A DNA stretch of 64,000 bases. Origin: Antechinus flavipes (taxonomy: Eukaryota). The position numbers and the translations under genes were made by a program. The notes beneath the pieces are model-generated. The model was not told the DNA's origin. It searched no databases and saw only the letters and a program-made list of their open reading frames with translations. The stretch is taken from NCBI RefSeq assembly GCF_016432865.1, contig NC_067403.1, positions 256,308,001 through 256,372,000 of the forward strand. The letters run 5' to 3'. This document shows, one piece after another, positions 24,990-33,626 of this stretch (position 1 is its first letter; each line of letters opens with the position of its first letter).

Positions 24990-25400
24990 CGAGATCCTAC
25001 CATTTCTCAGCTGTGGTCACACACCGGGACCCCTCCCTGACCTTGTTGCCCACTGCCAGCTGCCCTAAGCAGTCAGGACTTTGCCCAGGGCCCGGTGGGA
25101 CTTTCCTCACACTGTGAAAGCTGGCCTACTGCCCCTGCCCGCTCAGCCCCCCAAGGCTGTGGCCAGGCTGCCTCTGCTGCTCGCCCCCGACCTTCCAGGA
25201 GCTGGGGGCCAGGGGAAGGAGCCTGGACCCTGTGGCTCCTGAGTGTGGGCTCTCACTCCCGCCCCGCGCTCCCCCACCCTGCTTCCTTTGAGGTTGGGGC
25301 TCCGACTGCCCCCCTCACAGGTGTCATTGGCTGGTTTCCTGGCCTCAGTCATCTCTGACTGCTCTCATCTCACCCCTCACTTGGCTCGCTGGCTTCGAGA
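24990..25400 (+). promoter_or_regulatory. CTSW proximal promoter
   Basis: Canonical kB site GGGACTTTCC 25097-25106 and RUNX TGTGGT 25012-25017, directly upstream of the ATG. Confidence 0.5.
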
Positions 25401-28400
25401 TGCTCTCCTCTCAGCTCTTCTGCCTCCTGGGGCTGCTGGCCACGGGGGCCCTGGCCTGGAACACCTCCCCCACACCGGGACAGGTAAGCCTGCCCCCCCA
25501 TCAGTCCATGGGTCCACTTTGATCAGCACCCCTTTTTCTCTTTCCATTGTATCCCAATTTCAGTTCTGTCCCCTGTCCATCCCAGACTGCGAACCTCTCC
25601 CCTGGCACTGGGGTCCCTCCCCTCAGTGTCCTGGTATCCCTCCCAGCTCCTCGTCCTCTGTCCAGATCCAATCCTACTATTTGGAGCCCCTAGCTCTCCT
25701 AACTTCCCAGCTCCCACTCTTTCCCTTGGTCTTCCACCACGTTCTGGAACAACATAGAGAAAATTCTGGGGACATCCTGAGGAAGGTTAAAAGCCCTGGG
25801 GGGGGGGGTGCTGGGCCTGGGCCCTGCCGCCGACCAGCTGGGAAAGCCCCTCCTCTGCCTGCGCCTCCACGAGGCAAAGCCCTTTGTGGTTTTTGGAGGC
25901 TTGGCCCGATTGGCGTCCCAAGCCCCTCAGCCCATCCCCTCTCCAGGGGCAGGCAGGGGTCTCCCTCCTCACCCACTCTGCCCCCAGAGCTTCCACAGCC
26001 CGCTGCCAGGCACCCGGGACCTCAGGGAGCAGTTCAAGGCCTTTCAGATCCAGTACAACAAGAGCTACCCTGATGCAGCAGGTGGGCCTCTGACATCCCC
26101 CCACTTCTGTGTACATGGATGGCACAGTGTAGACCCCCCGCACCCACGGGTGGCACATGCACCGCGCTCACACCTGTCTCCACTCGTTATGTGGGGGCTT
26201 CTCTAGAGCCATCACTTCCTTTGGTCCCCTTTGCTAACACTGGCCAGGAAGCCAGGAGAACCACATCCTTTTGGCTTTGGTTCTCTGTAAGAAGGAAGCT
26301 GGATTAGGTGGTGACTAAGGTGCCTCCCAGCTCCGACTTGTGGTCTGGGTTTTAAGTCCTCCTCCCTCCAGCTGGCATTTTGGGTTCCATGTTCTAGGGT
26401 CCCTCCCAGCTCTAACACCCTGAGATTCATGTTCAGAGGTTGTCTGGCCCCCAACATGCCCTCTCGCACAGGACCTCTTGCTCTAGGGCCCCCTCTTGGC
26501 CCCCGGAGCCTCCCCTGCACACCCGCATCCCCTCAGAGAGTCGGAGGGGGCTGGCCGTGTCAACGGCAAGCAGGGAGATTTCTGGGTATGACCCCTGCCT
26601 CTCATCAGCGGGGGCCCTTACCTAAGGGGGGAGACGCCCAGGCCCGGCAGGGACGCCCTCTCCCGCTGGGGTAGATATGCATTAGATAGCTGGATGGGTG
26701 GATAGACAGACAGAAGGATGGACAGATNNNNNNNNNNNNNNNNNNNNNNNNNNNNNNNNNNNNNNNNNNNNNNNNNNNNNNNNNNNNNNNNNNNNNNNNN
26801 NNNNNNNNNNNNNNNNNNNNNNNNNNNNNNNNNNNNNNNNNNNNNNNNNNNNNNNNNNNGGATAGATACGTGGATGAATAGATAGATGGACAGATGGATA
26901 GACAGATAAGATAGAACCACTGGAATTTCCAAAGCTCTATTAGGGAAGATCTTTAGTGACTGAGGTTCCCATGTAGAGATCTGACCAAACCTCACGAAAA
27001 TGGCTATCACGTGAGTATTACCTGATTATTAACCCCATTTTACAGATGAGCAAATGGAGGGTCAGGGAAGTGATGCTCCTCCAAACCCACAGGAACAGAC
27101 CAGAGAGGGTTCAACAATGGGGGCCGAGGGGAGAGATGAGCTATTGAGGGCTCTAACTCCTCTCACTTGGGCAGGGGCAGAAGGCACTGCAGATGGGTCC
27201 GTAGGGACAGTGGTTCAGTGGGTCTGGAGGGGACACCTCAAGGTGGGAAAGGATGCAGACGTTCTCACTGGGGGCAGAGGAAGATCCGGTGCTTCTTCCT
27301 ACCTAGTTGTCCCATAGGGCCCTCAAAATCCCTCTCTAGAACGAGAACGCCGCTTTAAGATCTTTGCTGACAACCTGGCTCAAGCCCAGCAGCTGACGGA
27401 GGAGCACCAGGGTTTGGCCCAGTTCGGAGTGACCCAGTTCAGTGACCTCACAGGTAAAGGGGATTCCAGTCAATCAGACTGCTATCTTGGGGATGGCCAG
27501 AGGCTGCAAGGCTGCCTAGAGAGCATCTGGGTCACCTCTCTGCCCCATTTTCCAGATAAGGAAACTGAGGCTTGAGGAGGTTGAGTAACTTGCCCATCAT
27601 CACATAGTTGATAAATGTCAGGGCAGGAATTTGGACTGAAGTTTTCCTGCTTCCAAATCCAAGTCTTGCCTTCAGGGAGCTTCTGGTCTACTAGACCCAC
27701 TTCCTATTGCCCCCATATCAAGGCTTTCAAGATTAAAGCCCCCACTCCCTTAGGGTCTGCTCCGGTCCCTCCTGGGAGGCACATGACGATTATTGTCCGT
27801 GTCTCATAACTGAGAAAACCGAGTCCCAGAGACGGGAAAGAACTTACCCAAGAGGAGTCAGGTTGGGGTAGCAAGGTGCTCCCCATGACAATCAAGCTTC
27901 CTAGATCTAAGATGAGAAGGATGAACCAGGAAGCCGCTCCCTCAGTAGCTGAATTCAGAGCCCAGCCCAGCAGGATCGGATAAGGACCCCAGAGTTGTAG
28001 GACTCAAAGATCCTCATGACCTTATGCTCCTCATGACCAAATCTCCTGCTTCCAGAGGCAAATAATAGGATCTCCTAGAAAGGGCCCTTAGGGTTCATCC
28101 TAAAAAATGAACTTCTATGCCCATAGATCTAGGAGCCACCACACCCGATTCTTCCATTTTAAAGAGAAACCATGGAGGGGAAGTGCCGATTCCAAGCTCA
28201 CCCGTCTTTCACTGCCCGCCACTGCTTCCTGTACATTTAAAGTGTCGAATTGGGAGCCTTGCGTTTATTTCTCAAAAGGAAGCATGATATAGCTTGAGAC
28301 CAAGAGAGAGTTTCTGTGGTCTCAGACCTGACCGGTACCTGCCGGGCCGGGCTCTGCCTTCACCACCAAGTGAGCGTTCCCTCTCCGAATGTAAAATAGA

Positions 28401-31400
28401 GAAAAGTTGCTCCCTAAACGTTGGCATCCAACCTCCCCCGCTCGGAATCAGACAAATCTAACCACAAAATAAACAACAAAGAGACCAGGGAGGTTGATGG
28501 GATCCTAGAAAATCTAGGTGTGATAGACCTGGAGAAAACTGAATAGGGACAGAAAGGAATAGCTTTCTAAGCGGTACATGGCACCTACACAAAGACTGAC
28601 CACGTATTGGGGCATAAAAACCTCACGATCAAATGCAAAAAGGCAGAAATGGTAAATCCTCTCTCTTCAGACCACAATGCAAGAAAGGGCCAAAGATTAG
28701 GTTAAAAATCAATTGGAAATGAAATAATCTAATTCTAAAGAATGAGTGGGTCATGGGGTAGCTAGGGGGCGCAGTGGCTAGAGCACCAACCCTGAAGTTG
28801 GGAGGACCTGAGTTCAGATATGGCCTCAGATACTTTTAACACTTCCTGGCTAGGTGACCCTGGGCAAGTCACTCACCCCAACTGCCTCAGCAAAGAAAGG
28901 GGAAAAAGTATGGGATGCAGCCAAAGCAATTCTTAGGGGGAATTTTATATTGTATATTTTATATACGAAAATAAAATTGAGAAAGAGTTCATCAATGAAT
29001 TGGACAGGCAACTAAAAAAGCTAGAAAAAGAACAAATTAACCCCCCCACACCCAATTAAATAAAAATTAGACATTCTGAAACTCAAAGGAGAGATTAACA
29101 GAAACTAAGAAAACTACTGAGCTCACAAACGTCAGCAGTGACTAGAAATGGAAAAGAACTGCGTCCACGGTCAGGGGCTTTGGGTCTAAGACCACCGAGG
29201 CCCCCATTTGTCTGCACAGAGGAGGAATTTCGCCGGCTTTACCAACCATCCCGGCCCGATTACTCGGGTCTCAGAGTGAAGACGGGAGGATACCCAAGAC
29301 TGCAGAGGCCGAAGGCGCGTTCCTGTGACTGGAGGAAGGCGAGAGTCCTGACTCCCGTGAGAGATCAGGTACCAGCTCCCGCTCCCGTTGCCAGCTTCCA
29401 TTCACCCTCCCATCCCAGCTGGCTCTGTCCCAGCCAGACCACCTTACTCACCTGCTCCTTCATCAAGAACTCTCCTCTCCTTCCCTCCTGGATGGACAGA
29501 GGGAGGCAGGGAACAGGGAAAGCAGCTACGGCAGAAAATGACCTCTTCCCACAGAAAAACTGCAACAGCTGTTGGGCCATTTCCGCCGTGGGCAACGTTG
29601 AAGCCTTGTGGGCCATCAAGTACCAGCAGCTCTTTGAGCTCTCTGTGCAAGGTATAGGGGCGCTGCTTGGGTAGGGGAGCATTGCTGGGGGAGGAGTCCT
29701 CCCTGGGCCTTCGTGAGTAGGCCTGTGGGAGCCTGTATAGACTCATCCATCCTAACTCCCAGCAACCCTTGCTTTCTCCTGAGTCTGTGCTCCCCCGGGC
29801 CCCCTTCTCTTCCTCGTATGCAATCCCCAATTCCGTCCAGATGGTCCCGGTCTCTGCATTCTGCTGCCCCTTCTCTCCTGATCTCCGCCATCACTCCCTG
29901 CTCTGCGTTACCATGGTCCTCCCTCAAACCAAAGTCCTCTCCCTCCTCACCTTCCCTTTCACCCTGGCCAGCCCTCCGCTCGCCCAGCTCTGCAGCCTCA
30001 GAGGCGCCCTCGCCTTCCTTCTCCCTCCTCCAGCATCCCCAAACGCTTGCTGAGTTTGATGTGTTCTCATTGACCCATTAATAAGCACCTGCCCATCACC
30101 CCCAGAGTGGGGAGGGGAGAGAAGCAATCGAAATGTCCAGAAGTAATTAAATACTGGATAGATGCAGGCGCAAGGTGATGGGGGCGAGGCCGAGGGAAAC
30201 GAGAGCTTCCGGGAACTAGCACTGAGGAAGTGAGGGCATCCTAGGCCCGGGCACAGCCTCTGCAAAGGGGGGTTGTTCTCGACTACAGGGGCTTCTTCCC
30301 CAAATTCTCACAAACACCTACGTACAAAGTCCCTCCGTGAGCTCTCGGAGCTCTGTACTTCTGTGGGTAGCACACAGTAGGTGTGTCGGTGTTTTCTCGA
30401 TTGGAACACGGACTAAGGGGGGAAAGGCTGGGCCTGGAGTTGGGAAATCTGGGTTTGGATCCTTGACCTCAGCGGCTCACTCAACGTCTCACCATGGCCA
30501 TCTTGGCCCCATCACCTGCCCCAGGAGGTTAATGTTGAAGGGCTGTAGAAATAGGGACTGGGGATCTGGGAGGAGTCCCGGGCAGCCCATTACCGGCTCC
30601 GGGGAACCCCGAAAGCCTGAGGAGAAAGCTCCCAAGTCAAGCTTCAGGCACTTCCTGGGGAGGTAACCAGGGCCCACTGAGGATGCAGCACGGGAGCCTG
30701 GGAGCCCCATGTGCTCACTGGCGAGGGGGACATGAAGGGCCCGGATTCGTTCCTCGGGCCCGCTCTCAGGAGCCCGCCCGGCCTACGGTGAAGTGATGGG
30801 CCAGCAAGGCTGGCTTCGGGGACCCACAGAGAGAACTGAGGGGCCCTCCCCCCGTCCCCGCAGAGCTGCTGGACTGCCGCCAGTGTGGAAAAGGCTGTGA
30901 GGGCGGCTTCGTCTGGGACGCCTACATGACCATCCTCAACCAAAGTACGTGCATCCTGCTCCCCGCTCCCCCCCGGGGGCCCAAAGCTCCATCTCCCTGG
31001 GACGGAGCCCAGACAGGGACTCCCTGGCTCAGCCTTCACAGCCAGGGGCCTCTGAGTCTCCTCCCTCCCAAACAGGTGGCCTGGCCGAGGAGCAGGATTA
31101 CCCCTACAGACCCCAGCTCTCCAAGAGCTGCCAAAACAAAGAAAAAAGGGCCTGGATCCATGACTTCCTGATGCTGAAACAGGAGGAGAACCGTGGGTGC
31201 CGGGCCCCTGAATCTGAGGCTGGAACACGGGGAAGGAGGCGTGGGGCCCCCGTTGGGAAGGCCAGCTGGGGCTGCCAGCTAGCCCACTGAGCCCCTGGAT
31301 GATTCAGCCGTCCCATCTACAAAATGAAGACGCCCCCTCCAGCACAGTTCTCATCCTATTGTACACTGAGGGGGGCTCAGTCCCAAACCTGGGGTGCTTA

Positions 31401-32302
31401 CCAGTTAGCTGCTGCCTCTGATCTGGGGGTGCTCAGAGGCGGAAGAGGGAAAAGGCCCCCAGCTGCCCCCCTTTAGTGAAAGCGTTTGGGGGAGTAGATA
31501 TGAGGGGGCGTCAGCCTGAACCAGCCCCAAGGGGGCTGAAAGGGGAGGGAAACTGAGGAGCAAAGTGGGAACCTTAAGTCAGGGTGGGGCTTTGGGGGTG
31601 CAGGAACCCCAGATCCAAGGGCTGGGGCAGGTCTGATTCTCGTTACCAGGAAACTCCTTCCCCTTCTGCAGAAATGGGGGGGCTGCTACAGGTCGTCCTA
31701 CCCCCTCTCCCTGTTCTAACAGCACCCTCTCCCCCAGACATGGCCCAGTATGTGGCAGAAAATGGACCCATCACTGTGACCATCAACTCGAGACTCTTAG
31801 GGGTGAGGAAAGAGCAGGGGGTGGGGGGCTGCCGGCTCCTGGACCCTCGACCCCCAAGGGCTCATGGTCTGTTCCCTCCCTCATCAGAGTTACAGAAAAG
31901 GGGTGATCAAACCAGGGAGCAACTGTGACCCCGAGTACTTGGACCACGTGGTGCTGCTGGTGGGCTTTGGCCAAAGTGAGTGCTCGGGAGACCCCGGGGG
32001 GCCTTGGCCGGAGCCGGCCCCCCGGCCCCCCCTCACTGCTTCCTAATCTCCCTAGCAGTCCACAACTTTACCTATTGGATCCTCAAGAACTCCTGGGGCA
32101 GCAGCTGGGGAGAAAAGGTGAGTGAGGCTCCAGGGGGGCAGGGGGTGGGGCTTGCTCCCCCCCCCCGCCATTGCACCTAACCAGGACCCTCCTCCAGGGC
32201 TATTTCCGGCTGCATCGGGGAAGCAACGCCTGCGGCATCACAAAGTACCCCCTGACGGCTCTGGTGCGAGGACAGAACGACCCCATGCGCTGCCCCAGCT
32301 GA
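25400..32302 (+). CDS. CTSW: Cathepsin W (lymphopain), 11 coding exons, 351 aa (350 aa with the distal acceptor)
   Basis: Exons 25400-25483, 25988-26081, 27340-27453, 29220-29368, 29555-29651, 30864-30944, 31076-31192, 31738-31802, 31888-31975, 32056(or 32059)-32117, 32198-32302; total 1056 nt, all GT-AG. Signal peptide, ERFNAQ-type pro-region, QKNCNSCW (Cys), [10 protein letters not shown] (His), WILKNSWG (Asn), [18 protein letters not shown]; synteny; AATAAA at 32367-32372. Confidence 0.95.
26680..26915. repeat. (GATA/GACA/GATG)n microsatellite spanning an N gap in CTSW intron 2
   Basis: Tetranucleotide repeats on both sides of the N run 26728-26859. Confidence 0.85.
26728..26859. other. 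Assembly gap (132 N)
   Basis: N run. Confidence 1.
28440..29150 (+). mobile_element. Internal L1 ORF2 (endonuclease end) fragment in CTSW intron 3, with a SINE inserted at ~28753-28895
   Basis: [35 protein letters not shown] and [10 protein letters not shown] remnants. Confidence 0.8.
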
Positions 32303-33585
32303 AGACTCCCTCGAGTCCTTCCCCCCCCAACGCTCATGGCCTACAAGGCATCCTGTACTTGCACTCAATAAAGCCCCTGGTTCACGGCTCTCAAGTGTCC
32401 TGGCAAATGGAGGTCGGGAAAGCTCCCAGAGAAGGGAGGAAGCAAGGGATTGTGGGAGCCAGGAAGGCCATGGCCATCTGGTCCGGCTCCCACTAGAACA
32501 GCTTGCTGAGGGGTCACTGACCCCGAGGGTGGGTGTCCGAGGAGGGGTCTCTCCCATCTTTATGGTGAGGAACACAGCGTGTGCGCAAGTGCAGCAGCCT
32601 AAGGCTGGCCACATTCTCCTGCTGGCAGTCCACTAAGACCCCCAAATCCTTTTCAGAACACATTACCGCCCCCCTCCCCCCCAGCTAAGGCACTACAGCC
32701 TCCAGTGCGGGGCCTCCTTGAATCAAGGGTTCAAATGGCATCTCCCACATTATTAGCCGTGCGACCTTGGGCGGGCCCCTTACCCTGTTTACTTGGGCTT
32801 CCTCCGCAGAAAAAGGCAGGGAGCCGAGCCCCTCCCTGAACCGTGGCCCCAGCAGTAGCGTTTAGCCACTGTCGGTGCCCGGGCCCCCCGCACAGACTTG
32901 GCTCTCGGGGGTCTCACGATTGCACAGGGTCACTTCCCCTCTGCTTGAAGGAGCCGGCCCTCGGGGCCTTCATTCAGCCCCGGGCCCGGTGTCGCGAGCG
33001 CTCTGCTGGAGACCCCAGCCGGGGGGACACCGGGCCCCGAAGGCCGCCCGAGTCCGGCCTAGTGCCCAGGCCATCCTGCCCCTGGCTTCCAAGGGGAAGG
33101 AAGCGACAGAGACAACCCACAGGAAGTCACGGGGAGCGGACGCGACGGAACCACAACTGAGAACGTGGAACATCAGACCTGGGGCTGGGGGTGGGGGCCC
33201 AGAGCAGCCCGAGGACTGCGGGCCCCGGCCTCTGAGCTCCAGGGGCCTCCCGAAGCCTGGGGCGCCCTCCCTGCCCCCCGCCGCTCCGGGCCCGAGGAAC
33301 CCCCGGGACCCCCTGGCCAGGCCTTGCCCCAGGTCTGCCAATTTATTATCAGCACAAAGGCCTCAGGAGCGCCCGCGTGGGGCTGGGCTTCCCTGCCCGG
33401 CCCGGCTCCCCGCTCCTCCCCCGCCCCGTTCCACGGGGCAGGAGGGGCCCGGCCGGGGCCCGGGGGGCAGGTGTCCTGGGGCTGAGGCCGGGAGGGGCGC
33501 GCCCTGGGCTCCCCGGCCGAGCGTGGAGGTGATGAGCGGGGCTGGCCAGAGGTCCCCCTCCCCCCTCCCCCTTTGGCAGCAGGGC

Positions 33586-33599
33586 CCAGCAGAGGGCGC
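33586..33599 (+). promoter_or_regulatory. Consensus CTCF core motif in the FIBP 3'UTR
   Basis: CCAGCAGAGGGCGC matches CCASYAGRKGGCRS at 14/14. Confidence 0.6.
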
Positions 33600-33626
33600 G
33601 CTGGGCGGCGTCCGGGCTGCGGGGCC

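Noticed and set aside
25243-26073. 276-aa plus ORF across CTSW exon 1 and intron 1
   Set aside because: Different frame from the signal-peptide exon; runs through intron 1 and joins the exon-2 frame only by coincidence.
31888-32046. CTSW as a pseudogene because of the stop before the catalytic Asn
   Set aside because: Canonical donor, branch site and acceptor remove the stop and restore a complete, intact protease.
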